Of a DNA stretch of 64,000 nucleotides, positions 22,738-32,424 are shown piece by piece. The DNA is from Candidatus Omnitrophota bacterium. GTDB lineage: Bacteria > Omnitrophota > Gorgyraeia > Zapsychrales > Fredricksoniimonadaceae. The stretch covers positions 146,917 through 210,916 of the forward strand of contig JBGAJA010000002.1 in assembly GCA_044225175.1 (NCBI GenBank), in the 5' to 3' direction. The notes beneath the pieces were generated by a model. It saw only the letters and a program-made list of their open reading frames with translations, was not told the DNA's origin and did no database searches. A program made the position numbers and the translations under genes. Every line of letters begins with the position of its first letter. Position 1 is the stretch's first letter.

Positions 22738-23701
22738 AGTTGCAGTAACAGGAGCTGCTGGACAAATTGGGTATGCTTTATTGTTTCGCATTGCCGCTGG
22801 AGAAATGTTTGGCAAGGACACCCAGATTGATTTGAATCTCTTGGAATTAGAAAAAGCTTTAGGCGCATTAAGTGGCGTTGTCATGGAACTAGAAGATTGC
22901 GCGTTTCCTTTATTACAAAGCATTACAGTTTCATCAAATCCTAACATAGCTTTTAAAGATGTCGATTGGGCCTTACTAGTAGGCAGTGTTCCGCGTAAAG
23001 AAGGCATGGAGCGTGCAGATTTATTAAAGATCAATGCAGGTGTATTCATTGAGCAAGGCAAAGCCCTTTCGGATAATGCTAAACCAACATGTAAAGTTCT
23101 TGTCGTCGGTAATCCATGCAACACGAATGCCTACATTGCTAAAGGTGTTTGTAAAAATATTCCAGCAAAAAACTTTTTTGCTATGACCATGTTGGACCAG
23201 AATCGGGCCGTTACACAATTAGCCCAGAAAGCTTCCGCGCCAGTTTCAGAGGTCAAAAAATTAGCTATTTGGGGAAATCATTCAGCAACCCAGTACCCAG
23301 ATTTTTATAATGCAGCAATCAAAGGAAAATCCATCCCCGAAAGCATTTCAGATTTAAACTGGCTTCAAACCACTTTTATTGAGATTGTTCAAAAACGTGG
23401 TGCAGCTATTATTAAAGCTCGAGGCCTTTCATCAGCCGCTTCAGCAGCTAATGCTATTATTGATACCGTAAGAGGACTTACTACCCCTACTCCATCAGGA
23501 GAATACTTTTCCGTAGCTGTGTGTTCAGATGGTAGTTATGGAGTTCCAGAAGGAATTATGTTTGGATATCCTATACAAAGTGATGGAACCAACTGGAAGA
23601 TTGTCCAAGGAATCACACACAATGATTTTGCTCAAGAAAAGATCAAATCCACGTTAAATGAGCTTTTGAGTGAAAAAGAAGCTGTCCAAAGCATGATTTA
23701 A
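22721..23701 (+). CDS. mdh: Malate dehydrogenase (NAD-dependent, cytosolic-type MDH family)
   Basis: '[14 protein letters not shown]' Rossmann motif, '[15 protein letters not shown]', '[12 protein letters not shown]'. Confidence 0.85.
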   Translation: MAKRIRVAVTGAAGQIGYALLFRIAAGEMFGKDTQIDLNLLELEKALGALSGVVMELEDCAFPLLQSITVSSNPNIAFKDVDWALLVGSVPRKEGMERADLLKINAGVFIEQGKALSDNAKPTCKVLVVGNPCNTNAYIAKGVCKNIPAKNFFAMTMLDQNRAVTQLAQKASAPVSEVKKLAIWGNHSATQYPDFYNAAIKGKSIPESISDLNWLQTTFIEIVQKRGAAIIKARGLSSAASAANAIIDTVRGLTTPTPSGEYFSVAVCSDGSYGVPEGIMFGYPIQSDGTNWKIVQGITHNDFAQEKIKSTLNELLSEKEAVQSMI

Positions 23702-23789
23702 CAGGAATTTAATGTTTTTGTAAGGTATTGCAGGTCATTTAGTTGGAATATAAAGTGTTTGGCAAATAGTAAAATTTTTTGAGTCGGGG

Positions 23790-23818
23790 TTGCATACTGA
23801 CATTTTAGAGGGTATACT
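23790..23818 (+). promoter_or_regulatory. Candidate sigma70 promoter (TTGCAT - 17 nt - TATACT) for the PPIase gene
   Basis: Sequence match 30 nt upstream of a GGGAGG RBS and the ATG at 23850. Confidence 0.35.
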
Positions 23819-23849
23819 TAAATACATATTTTCTTTTAGGGAGGCTTTT

Positions 23850-24785
23850 ATGAAAGAAGTTTCTAACAAAATTTACATTTTAATGACTATTTGTTTATTA
23901 TCCGGGCTATTTTCCGGATGCGATTTATTCTTTCCCGCAAAAAAATCAGCACCTAAAGCTTCCAGTGAAGCTAAGACCATTGAAGAACCTGTTTCAACCC
24001 CCGCTGCTCCAAGCACAGATAACCAAGGACCACTACCAGCCGATGTTGTAGCTCGCGTAGGCAATTGGAGCATGACAATCGATGAATTTAACCAAAGACT
24101 TAAGTTGCTCAAACAAGGCATGCCAGATTTTAATGACAAGGATCCCCAAGTTAAAGCTTCCGTATTAAATGAACTTATTCGTCAGCAGCTTCTTGTCAAA
24201 GACGCTGAGGCTTCAGATATTAGCGAACAAAAAGATATTAAAGATGCACTTGAGGATTTTCGACGCACCTTGCTTGTTCAAGAATTAGCTCAACGATTGA
24301 CCAAAGGCATTTCAGCAACAGAAATGGATGCCCAAAAGTATTATGATCAAAACAAGAATCTTTTTATTAAGTGGAAGGTTCGTGAAATTGTTGTCCCAGA
24401 TGAAGCAACAGCCAAAAATATTTTGGTCCAAGTATTGCAAGGCGGAGATTTTGCCGCTCTGGCAACTGCCCAATCTAAAGGAAAATCTGCTGCAAAAGGT
24501 GGATTGATTGAAGATCCCGCCCAATCCCCCGTCGAAGTTCAAAAGAATATCACAGCTCTTGAGGCCGGTGGAACAAGCGCAGTATTTAAAGGGCAGGGAG
24601 GCTATTACATTGTGCATGTGGATGAGAAAACATTTGTTCCTTTTTCAGAAGTCAAAGACGAGTTAAAGAACAGACTTTCGGCACGTAAACAACAAGAGAC
24701 AATTTTGGAGCACATTAATCAATTGTCTCAAAAAACAAAAGTTGAAGTTAATAAAGAACTCCTTGGGATTAGCGGTACGAAATAA
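23850..24785 (+). CDS. Parvulin-type peptidyl-prolyl isomerase (SurA/PrsA-like), lipoprotein signal
   Basis: Lipobox 'LLSGLFSG|C' and a PpiC domain ('KVREIVV...', 'GGDFxxLA', 'GGxLxxxx'). The start is set at the internal Met after the RBS. Confidence 0.55.
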   Translation: MKEVSNKIYILMTICLLSGLFSGCDLFFPAKKSAPKASSEAKTIEEPVSTPAAPSTDNQGPLPADVVARVGNWSMTIDEFNQRLKLLKQGMPDFNDKDPQVKASVLNELIRQQLLVKDAEASDISEQKDIKDALEDFRRTLLVQELAQRLTKGISATEMDAQKYYDQNKNLFIKWKVREIVVPDEATAKNILVQVLQGGDFAALATAQSKGKSAAKGGLIEDPAQSPVEVQKNITALEAGGTSAVFKGQGGYYIVHVDEKTFVPFSEVKDELKNRLSARKQQETILEHINQLSQKTKVEVNKELLGISGTK

Positions 24786-24810
24786 TCTCATCTGGAGTCG
24801 GAGGTAAGGC

Positions 24811-25635
24811 ATGGCTATCGAAAATCAAAAACAAATCATTCTAATTGGAATTGCCGTTGTCGCTGGTATTGGGGCTGCGGTTTTAATTGGCAATTGGAAG
24901 ACCCAAGAAATCAATCAAAAAACACAAGAGTTGCACGATCAATACGAACAACAACAAAAACAAATGGCTGCTGAAATTCAAAAAAGCAGTGAACAGCAAG
25001 TAGCAGCAGTCAGAGAAGAGCTTAACCAAGTCCGTCAACAGCAGCAGGAAGCAATTGAACAGGCCATGAAATCTGCAAAAGAAGCAGAAGCACAAAAGGG
25101 AGCAAGGCTTTCAAACACTCTTTTAACTGCTAAGACTCCTGGTGGTAAAAGAGCTGTAACAGTCATGGTGGATTCATTGAATGCTGTTGGGGGGTTGCTC
25201 AATGCAGGGGATTATGTTGATGTGATTGCTCATCTTGATGTTCCCGATAATGCATCAGACAAGAAAAAGACTTTAACAGCCATGGTTTTTCAAGACCTTC
25301 AGGTGTTGGCCATCAACACTAATTTGGATCAACCTGGAAATTATGATCAACAACAAGGCGCTCCATTTTTAAAAGTAACATTCGCGGTTGATCCACAAGA
25401 AGCAGGCCTTCTAGCTTTTGCCAATAAAAATGGTAAGTTAGAACTAGCGCTTCGTCCTTCCAACGACAACGATAAACAAACAGTCAAAAGCTCCACATGG
25501 AGTACTTTAGCTGAGTATGTTTTACAAAATCAAGGGTCTTCTCTTGATCTTCCAGGGATGGAAGCAGCTTCCGAAAAGACAGAAACTACTAATAAACCGT
25601 ACATACAAATTTTTAGAGGCGGTAAGGAGCTTTAA
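24811..25635 (+). CDS. cpaB: Flp pilus assembly protein CpaB/RcpC-like
   Basis: N-terminal TM helix, coiled/Q-rich linker, and a C-terminal SAF-like domain. It sits directly upstream of the secretin. Confidence 0.5.
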   Translation: MAIENQKQIILIGIAVVAGIGAAVLIGNWKTQEINQKTQELHDQYEQQQKQMAAEIQKSSEQQVAAVREELNQVRQQQQEAIEQAMKSAKEAEAQKGARLSNTLLTAKTPGGKRAVTVMVDSLNAVGGLLNAGDYVDVIAHLDVPDNASDKKKTLTAMVFQDLQVLAINTNLDQPGNYDQQQGAPFLKVTFAVDPQEAGLLAFANKNGKLELALRPSNDNDKQTVKSSTWSTLAEYVLQNQGSSLDLPGMEAASEKTETTNKPYIQIFRGGKEL

Positions 25636-25638
25636 TTC

Positions 25639-27606
25639 ATGAAAAAACATCTAAATAAAAGTGCAAGTATTTTGGTCGCAACAGCTTTTATTCTTTGCCA
25701 AAATCTTCCTTTGTTAGCTCTAGCTCAAGAAGACATGTCTACCAATGCAGTTTCTGAAGATGAGCAAACACCTCAAGTAGAAAAAACAGAGCATATTAAT
25801 TTAGTTATAGGAGATGTTCAGTCCATTGAAACAAGCAATCTCACCAGAGTGGCTGTGACCAGTCCAGAGATTGTAGATATTTCTGATGCAAAATCCGACA
25901 AAGTTTTTGTAGTAGGCAAAAAGGCAGGACAAACAGAAGTTTTTATTTGGGATGATAATGGTAAACGAAGCATAAGTGTAGGCGTTGCCAGTGAAAATCT
26001 AGATGTTTTAACTTCACGTATAGAAGAAGTCATATCTAAGGCCCAGATCAAAGGAATTGTTGTTGAAAAGAATTTGTATGAAGGTAAGGTCATTCTCTCT
26101 GGTGCAGCCACCAAAGAGGATAAAGACATTCTTGATAGGATCATGGATCCCTACAGCGAGAAAATCATTAATCTCGTTAAAAGAGCTGTGAACGATGATT
26201 TAATCCAAATTGATTGCCAAGTGACTGAGTTAAGTCAAACACTAGTCAAACAATTGGGGATTAATTGGAGCAATGCTACAGGGTCTTCCAGTTCAACGTC
26301 TTCCTCAAATAATACCAATACCGTAAATTTACAACCTACGTATCAAGAAACACTTCCCACATCTAATGGTAAACCAGAAGACTGGTTTAAGATTGGAAAC
26401 TTTAATCGTACAACGGCATTGCAGGCCACCGTAGATGCTTTGATTACGGAAGGAAAGGGACGAATTTTATCTAAACCACGTCTAGTTGTTCTAAGTGGAA
26501 AAGAAGCAAGTTTCTTAGTTGGTGGGCAAGTCCCCATCCGCACAACGACATTTAATTCAACCAATAGTTCTTCTGGTGGGGCAGGAACAAGTCAGGAAAA
26601 TGTGACCTACAAGCAATACGGGGTCAACATGACAATCACACCAACCATCCGTGAAGGCAAGGTGGACATTGTTCTTAATGTACAAATCAATGATATTGAT
26701 AAATCGACTTCTGACTCTCAAGGGGACGTTGGTTTTATCTCTCGTGAAGCATCCACCCATTTATTTCTTGATGACAAGCAGACGATTATTTTAGCTGGAT
26801 TTATTAAACATTCCGATGGTCGTACTGTTAACCGAGTGCCTTTTTTAAGCAAAATTCCTGTTGTGGGAATGTTCTTTAGAAATGTGACCAACGGTAATCC
26901 AGATTCAGATACAGAAATGGTTATTTCTCTGACACCAACCATTTTAAAATCAAAGAAGATCGCCACAGAACAGACAGTGTTGCCTAGTAAACGAACAAAG
27001 AGTTTTGTTAAAGAAGTAGACACCAATTATGAAAAAGAAACAATTGATGGCCAACAATTGATTGAACCAAAGGCTGAAGAACCAAAGGCGCAAGAAAAAC
27101 CAGCTGCGGTTATAACTGCTACACCTCCAGTAGAACCTAAACAAAACTTTGGACCGCACAATGTCTCAGTAGAACCTAAAGCTACGGATACAAAGAAAGC
27201 CGAAGTAAGCGCTCCAGTTGCAGATGTTAAACCTATCGAAGAAAAACCTGTACAAATTATCAATCAACCACAGGATCCTTTGACAAGCTATGTCCGTTCC
27301 GTTCAAATGAGAATTTCACAGAAAATCACATATCCTTTTGAAGCTCTCCAAAATAATCAAGAAGGAACTGTGAAGCTTAGACTACGCATTCTTAAAGATG
27401 GATCTTTAGCAGATTGTGATCTTTTAGAGTCTTCCGGGAAAGATATTTTTGACAGGGATGCTTTGAATACCGCAAAAATAGTAGCTCCTTTTCAGGCTTT
27501 TCCAGAGAACTTGCATCAAGAAGATTTGATTTTGACAATTCCTATCGTCTATAATCAGCGAACAGAAGTTACGAATAATACACAAGCAGTCATGGCTTCT
27601 TATTAG
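25639..27606 (+). CDS. cpaC: Tad/Flp secretin (CpaC/RcpA family) with a C-terminal Pro-rich linker and TonB-C-like domain
   Basis: Signal peptide and a pilus-secretin N-domain. Secretin core 'LSKPRLVVLSGKEASFLVGGQVPI', 'VPFLSKIPVVGMFFRN', 'MVISLTPTIL'. The extra C-terminal 'EPKAEEPKAQEKP...' linker is followed by 'YPFEALQNNQEGTVKLRLRILKDGSL...SSG...AL', a TonB_C signature. Confidence 0.8.
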   Translation: MKKHLNKSASILVATAFILCQNLPLLALAQEDMSTNAVSEDEQTPQVEKTEHINLVIGDVQSIETSNLTRVAVTSPEIVDISDAKSDKVFVVGKKAGQTEVFIWDDNGKRSISVGVASENLDVLTSRIEEVISKAQIKGIVVEKNLYEGKVILSGAATKEDKDILDRIMDPYSEKIINLVKRAVNDDLIQIDCQVTELSQTLVKQLGINWSNATGSSSSTSSSNNTNTVNLQPTYQETLPTSNGKPEDWFKIGNFNRTTALQATVDALITEGKGRILSKPRLVVLSGKEASFLVGGQVPIRTTTFNSTNSSSGGAGTSQENVTYKQYGVNMTITPTIREGKVDIVLNVQINDIDKSTSDSQGDVGFISREASTHLFLDDKQTIILAGFIKHSDGRTVNRVPFLSKIPVVGMFFRNVTNGNPDSDTEMVISLTPTILKSKKIATEQTVLPSKRTKSFVKEVDTNYEKETIDGQQLIEPKAEEPKAQEKPAAVITATPPVEPKQNFGPHNVSVEPKATDTKKAEVSAPVADVKPIEEKPVQIINQPQDPLTSYVRSVQMRISQKITYPFEALQNNQEGTVKLRLRILKDGSLADCDLLESSGKDIFDRDALNTAKIVAPFQAFPENLHQEDLILTIPIVYNQRTEVTNNTQAVMASY

Positions 27607-27658
27607 AGAAGAATTGTAAAAGCATAGATATATGCAAAACTAGACTGATGACAAAACT

Positions 27659-27703
27659 AAAAACCGTGATACAATATTTTCTATTGTCCACGGTTTTTAG
27701 TTT
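27659..27703 (+). terminator. Rho-independent terminator after the secretin gene
   Basis: 10-bp stem aaaaaccgtg/cacggttttt with a 20-nt loop, followed by tttttagttttt. Confidence 0.5.
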
Positions 27704-27770
27704 TTGCAGTATCCTCCATTCTTCAGAGTCTCCGAGAAGAAAAGGCAATATCTAACATGAAAGATTAATT

Positions 27771-29930
27771 ATGTTGAGCAAAGTCATTACGGTTTTCAGC
27801 AATAAAGGTGGAGTTGGAAAAACTTTCGTTGCGGTCAACGTTGCAGCTGCTTTAACACTTAAAGGAAAGAAGGTGTTAGTTGTAGACTTAGATCTTCAGG
27901 CGGGTCAAAACATGGCCCGTATGTTTAACTTAACTCCTGCCCACTCTCTCGTCGATATTCTAGAAGCAATTAAAACCGACGACCATGAAATGGTCAAAAA
28001 ATTAGTTACAGCTCATTCTAGCGGACTTGATTTCCTTCCTGCTGTTATGAATCTTCGACAAGCTGGACGCATTACAGCTGACAATATACGGCATTTCTTT
28101 AAAATGGTTAGCTCCTTATATGATTATGTCATTGTGGATGCTGACAAAATGTTTACAGAAACGCTCATCAGTGTTTTAGACAATACAAATTTAATTCTTT
28201 TAGTCACAACTCCAGATATTCTAGCTGTTACCCAAGCGAAGAACAGCATCGATATTTTACAAAGTTTGCACTTTCCTTTGAAGATGTCCAGATTGATTCT
28301 AAATCGTGCGGAGAGTCGAGGGGGAGTTGCATGGCAGGAAGTCCAATCAGCCCTGCCCGCTGAAATATTCTCTTTGATCCCTTCTGATGGTAAAACGGTA
28401 GGATTGGCTCTCAACAGGGGCATTCCTTGCGTGATTGATAGTCCTCGCACAAGAGTTTCCGAAGTATTTTTTGAGATGGCAGACAAGCTCCAAGCTCACG
28501 ACATCTATGTAGCTTCCTCAGATGTGGTGAAAGTCCGAGCCAGCGATACGATTGCTGCTAAAGGAAATGAATTTTGGGAGAAATTTGGAATCGGTCTAGG
28601 AGGAGCTCCACAGGTTAAGGATGCTTTTAGAAAAGAAGAAGACGAAATTATCCGACTCAAAAAAGCCATCCATCACAAACTTGTTGATCGAATGAACTTG
28701 AAAAAGATTTCAACAGAAACGATTACAGACATTCAACAAGCGGCTAATATTCGAAAAGCCGCAGAAAAGATCGTAACAGATTTGCTGGCTGAAACATCTG
28801 GTTCCATCCTCTCATCCCATGAACAGCGTTCACGTTTAGTCCGTGAAATTGTTAATGAAGCCGTTGGGTTGGGTCCTTTAGAAGATTTTCTTGCTGATGG
28901 GGACATAACAGACATCATGGTGAATAATAAAGATGAAATATTCGTCGAGAAAAGCGGAAAAATACTTTTAACAAACAAACACTTTATTTCCAATGAGCAA
29001 GTTCGAGCAACCATCGATAGAATTATTGCTCCTTTAGGAAGACGTATTGATGAATCCACCCCCATGGTGGATGCTCGCCTTCCCGATGGTTCGCGTATCA
29101 ATGCCATTATTCCTCCGTTGTCTTTAAATGGTCCAATGATCACTATCCGTAAATTCTCCCAAGAAAGATATACGATTGATGACATGCTCAATAAATTTAA
29201 CTCCCTCTCTGCCCCCATGGCCGAGTTCTTAAATGTTTGTGTTATTGGGCGAAAGAACATGATTATCTCCGGCGGAACAGGCGCAGGAAAGACAACTCTT
29301 TTAAACATTGTTTCTCAATTCATCCCTGATAACGAACGCATCATTACAATTGAAGATGCTGCAGAGTTACGCTTGTCTAAAAGTCACTGGGCCCGTTTAG
29401 AATCCAGGCCTGTTAACATTGAAGGCAAGGGAAAGATCACGATCAGAGATCTTTTTACCAACACTCTTCGTATGAGACCAGATCGCATTATTATTGGGGA
29501 ATGCCGTGGACCAGAAGTTTTAGACATGTTGCAAGCGATGAATACAGGCCACGACGGGTCTTTAACCACATTGCATGCGAATTCACCAAGAGATGTTCTT
29601 TCGCGTCTTTCTTCGATGGTCTTGTTATCGGGAATCGAATTACCTATTAGAGCCGTTTATGAAATGACAGCTTCCGCCATCAACATTATTGTCCAAATTT
29701 CTAGATTCTCCGACGGCACACGTAAAATAACTGCAATCTCTGAACTCACTGGAAAAATGTTGGATACCATCCCTGAAATGAAAGACATTTTTGTCTTTAA
29801 GCATGCGGGCATTAATGCAGATGGTGTAGTTCTTGGAGAATATGTTCCAACAGGGTATGTCCCTAAATGCTACGATGATTTTATAACTCGCGGGCTTCCT
29901 CTTAACAAAGAGATATTCAATCCTTCATAA
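27771..29930 (+). CDS. Fused TadZ/CpaE-like (MinD/ParA-type) plus TadA/CpaF secretion ATPase, 719 aa
   Basis: N-terminal deviant Walker A 'SNKGGVGKTFVAVN' (MinD-like, no receiver domain). The C-terminal half carries CpaF motifs: Walker A 'GGTGAGKTTLLN', 'IITIEDAAEL', His-box 'MNTGHDGSLTTLHAN'. Confidence 0.8.
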   Translation: MLSKVITVFSNKGGVGKTFVAVNVAAALTLKGKKVLVVDLDLQAGQNMARMFNLTPAHSLVDILEAIKTDDHEMVKKLVTAHSSGLDFLPAVMNLRQAGRITADNIRHFFKMVSSLYDYVIVDADKMFTETLISVLDNTNLILLVTTPDILAVTQAKNSIDILQSLHFPLKMSRLILNRAESRGGVAWQEVQSALPAEIFSLIPSDGKTVGLALNRGIPCVIDSPRTRVSEVFFEMADKLQAHDIYVASSDVVKVRASDTIAAKGNEFWEKFGIGLGGAPQVKDAFRKEEDEIIRLKKAIHHKLVDRMNLKKISTETITDIQQAANIRKAAEKIVTDLLAETSGSILSSHEQRSRLVREIVNEAVGLGPLEDFLADGDITDIMVNNKDEIFVEKSGKILLTNKHFISNEQVRATIDRIIAPLGRRIDESTPMVDARLPDGSRINAIIPPLSLNGPMITIRKFSQERYTIDDMLNKFNSLSAPMAEFLNVCVIGRKNMIISGGTGAGKTTLLNIVSQFIPDNERIITIEDAAELRLSKSHWARLESRPVNIEGKGKITIRDLFTNTLRMRPDRIIIGECRGPEVLDMLQAMNTGHDGSLTTLHANSPRDVLSRLSSMVLLSGIELPIRAVYEMTASAINIIVQISRFSDGTRKITAISELTGKMLDTIPEMKDIFVFKHAGINADGVVLGEYVPTGYVPKCYDDFITRGLPLNKEIFNPS

Positions 29931-29953
29931 CCCCTTATGGGTGATGATTAGCC

Positions 29954-30304
29954 ATGTCCATTGTCAATCTGACCAAAGAAACAACATTAGCCAGTTATGT
30001 TGAAATTGCTGACAACCCTTTAAAAAGAATGACGGGACTATTAGGAAGAGTTTCGTTAGAGCAGGGGTATGCGCTTGTGATTACCAACTGCAGTAGCATA
30101 CACATGCTTTTTATGAAGTTTTCGATTGATGTTATTTTTGTCGACCAGAACAAAAGAGTGGTTGGTCTTGTTAAGAACATACAACCATTCAAATTCTCTC
30201 CTGTTTTCTGGAAATCTTCTTGCGCCATTGAATTGCCCGCTGGTACAATTGAGTCAACAAAGACGCAAATTGCAGACCAACTATCTGTTTGTACATCATG
30301 GTAA
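29954..30304 (+). CDS. DUF192-family small protein
   Basis: 'MTGLLGR...IHMLFMKFSIDVIFVD...AIELPAGT' matches the DUF192/COG1430 pattern as I recall it. Confidence 0.45.
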   Translation: MSIVNLTKETTLASYVEIADNPLKRMTGLLGRVSLEQGYALVITNCSSIHMLFMKFSIDVIFVDQNKRVVGLVKNIQPFKFSPVFWKSSCAIELPAGTIESTKTQIADQLSVCTSW

Positions 30305-30326
30305 AGGAAACCTTCTTCATTGACAT

Positions 30327-31730
30327 ATGGGTGTTGTTTATAAATTAACTCCAGAGATCAGTGCTTTTATTATTGAGCATAAACAGAGCAATCCAGCGAC
30401 GACATGTCAGGCATTGTCAGATATTGTTTTAGCTAAATTTGACCAGCACGTTTCAAAATCTTCGGTTCACGAACTTCTTAAACAAGCTCATGTCATTACT
30501 CCCAGGGTTCGCAAAGTTAAAGAAAAATTTCAGATTCCGACACACAAGAAACAACAAATTTCAAAAGCATTAGCTCCTTTTGTAGCCATTGGATCATCAA
30601 CACCTCCAAACATTTCCTTGGTGCAAACAGTCCCTACAAAAGTTGCTCCCCCTGAGATAATAGAAGAGATCATCCCAGAAGAACAACCCACTCAACAACC
30701 TAAAGAATACATATCTGGAAAAGGCGATATTTTTATTCAAAGTGCCCTATTTGATTTATCTAACAAACCCATTGTTGGGATCAGCGATTTCAACCAGATG
30801 GATTCCGTTGATCAAAATAAAATAAAAATGGAATGGGAGTATTTAACACAGCTAGTGTATGCCATTAAAATTGAGTTAGAAAGCGGATATGTTTTTTTCA
30901 TTGATCCCAGATTTCAGGGAATTTATGATTACAATCCCAATACACCAACATTGGCAGCTCCCATAGAACGAGCGGCCTATGAAGTGGCAGACTACATTTT
31001 AAATAATATTAAGCCTATAATTATTCGCAAATTTGATGCAAGTTGTTCAAATGATTTAACTTATGATATTTTTTCCGCTTTCCAAAACATCTCTCTTAAG
31101 AAGATTATCAAAATTGCGCTAATAGGGGCCAAAGATGAACAAATTGTTGAATTTAATCATCCCCTTGGAATTCAAAGAAATTTTATCATAGCAGTTGATT
31201 CACAAAACACTCAGTACCAATGGTTTATGAATAATTCAGCTGTGGAAACTACATGGAATTTGCCAATGAAGGATAATTCAACCTCTCCCACCGTAAGGCT
31301 CCTTAAAAAGTCTAACAAAATCATCATAACTAACTTAGAATCAATGACTTATGCAGAATCTGTTAAAATGTATGAGGAAAGACATCCAGGAGAAAGTCTT
31401 CAGTTAAGTGTAATTGAGAATCAAAAATCAGAACAGAGTACAGATTTCATTGTTTGGTTTAAAAATAAGCTTCAACAACGAGCATTAATGTTTTTTCCCC
31501 AGTCTTTTTCACGACAGGCGCTTGAAGATGCGACCCGCTTAGAGGGTTATGAACAAAAGATCGTCGACAAGAAGAAAAATTTGATAGAAATCAAAGTGCA
31601 TTTGAGGGTTTCTTCCAATCATCCTCAAATACAACAATTTCAAAGGGCTGCTGAAAATATTAACAGTCTAAATATTAGCGATTTTCAGGGAATGAAAAGA
31701 ACCGTAAAGTTAGATATTAGCAGCGAATAG
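30327..31730 (+). CDS. Hypothetical protein with an N-terminal HTH-like region
   Basis: 467 aa with no TM. The N-terminus 'LTPEISAFIIEHKQSNPATTCQALSDIVLAKFDQHVSKSSVHELLK' looks like a transposase-type HTH. The rest is unrecognizable. Confidence 0.35.
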   Translation: MGVVYKLTPEISAFIIEHKQSNPATTCQALSDIVLAKFDQHVSKSSVHELLKQAHVITPRVRKVKEKFQIPTHKKQQISKALAPFVAIGSSTPPNISLVQTVPTKVAPPEIIEEIIPEEQPTQQPKEYISGKGDIFIQSALFDLSNKPIVGISDFNQMDSVDQNKIKMEWEYLTQLVYAIKIELESGYVFFIDPRFQGIYDYNPNTPTLAAPIERAAYEVADYILNNIKPIIIRKFDASCSNDLTYDIFSAFQNISLKKIIKIALIGAKDEQIVEFNHPLGIQRNFIIAVDSQNTQYQWFMNNSAVETTWNLPMKDNSTSPTVRLLKKSNKIIITNLESMTYAESVKMYEERHPGESLQLSVIENQKSEQSTDFIVWFKNKLQQRALMFFPQSFSRQALEDATRLEGYEQKIVDKKKNLIEIKVHLRVSSNHPQIQQFQRAAENINSLNISDFQGMKRTVKLDISSE

Positions 31731-31773
31731 AGAAAGGGTTTTCTTGAAAACAGTCTGGGGTGGTTGACAGCCT

Positions 31774-31808
31774 ATATAATATATGGCATACTTTAGCTAA
31801 GAAAACAT
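31774..31808 (+). promoter_or_regulatory. Candidate promoter (TTGACA - 17 nt - CATACT) upstream of the first flp gene
   Basis: Sequence match only. Confidence 0.3.
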
Positions 31809-31943
31809 AAACATGACTTCGTTTTCATGTCCTTCTTCATGAAGGGCTTCACATAAATAATGACCCAATTCCACGTGACTTTATTTGGGATGAAATAAAG
31901 TCAGGGTCACAATCGCCTTTATGAAGCATCATAAGGAGCAACA

Positions 31944-32099
31944 ATGATTCGCCACAGAAACACACACGGACAAAATATTATCGAATATGCGATCATTGTA
32001 GCTTTAGTGACGGCCGCACTGGCTGCCATGAGTACTTATGTGTTTCGTTCCGTACAAGCAACTCAAAAGGCCGTTGAAGGGGCAGCTGCTAATCAATAA
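31944..32099 (+). CDS. flp: Flp-family pilin (51 aa). Not in the ORF track because it is shorter than 60 aa.
   Basis: Hand translation: MIRHRNTHG|QNIIEYAIIVALVTAALAAMSTYVFRSVQATQKAVEGAAANQ*. AAGGAG RBS 7 nt upstream. Flp motif G/xxxxEY plus a hydrophobic helix. Confidence 0.7.
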   Translation: MIRHRNTHGQNIIEYAIIVALVTAALAAMSTYVFRSVQATQKAVEGAAANQ

Positions 32100-32117
32100 A
32101 ACTAAGAGAGGGTGTCT

Positions 32118-32390
32118 ATGGTAAGAACAATCAAATACCACACAATCAAAGACAATAAGGGGCAAAGTACAATTGAATACATTGTTCTTGTGACCGCTGT
32201 TATTGCCATCATCATTTTGTTTATGACTGGTCAAAACAGCATGTTTGGAAATAAAATAACAAATACGTACTGCACAACGGCAGAAGGAATGTCTGAAAGA
32301 GCATCAGCATTGTCAGAGACACATAACTCAGAAGCTGGAAATCAAGCGAATTCCATTGTGACAGTGAATGTATTACAAAACCTTTTTTAA
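32118..32390 (+). CDS. Flp/TadE-family prepilin
   Basis: ...KG|QSTIEYIVLVTAVIAIIILF. Confidence 0.6.
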   Translation: MVRTIKYHTIKDNKGQSTIEYIVLVTAVIAIIILFMTGQNSMFGNKITNTYCTTAEGMSERASALSETHNSEAGNQANSIVTVNVLQNLF

Positions 32391-32424
32391 TTAATGACCA
32401 AGAAATTTCCTAACAGGAGGATTT

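Noticed and set aside
23790-23849. Extended N-terminus of the PPIase ORF
   Set aside because: This stretch coincides with a TTGCAT-17-TATACT promoter. A GGGAGG RBS precedes the Met at 23850, which starts a lipoprotein signal peptide.
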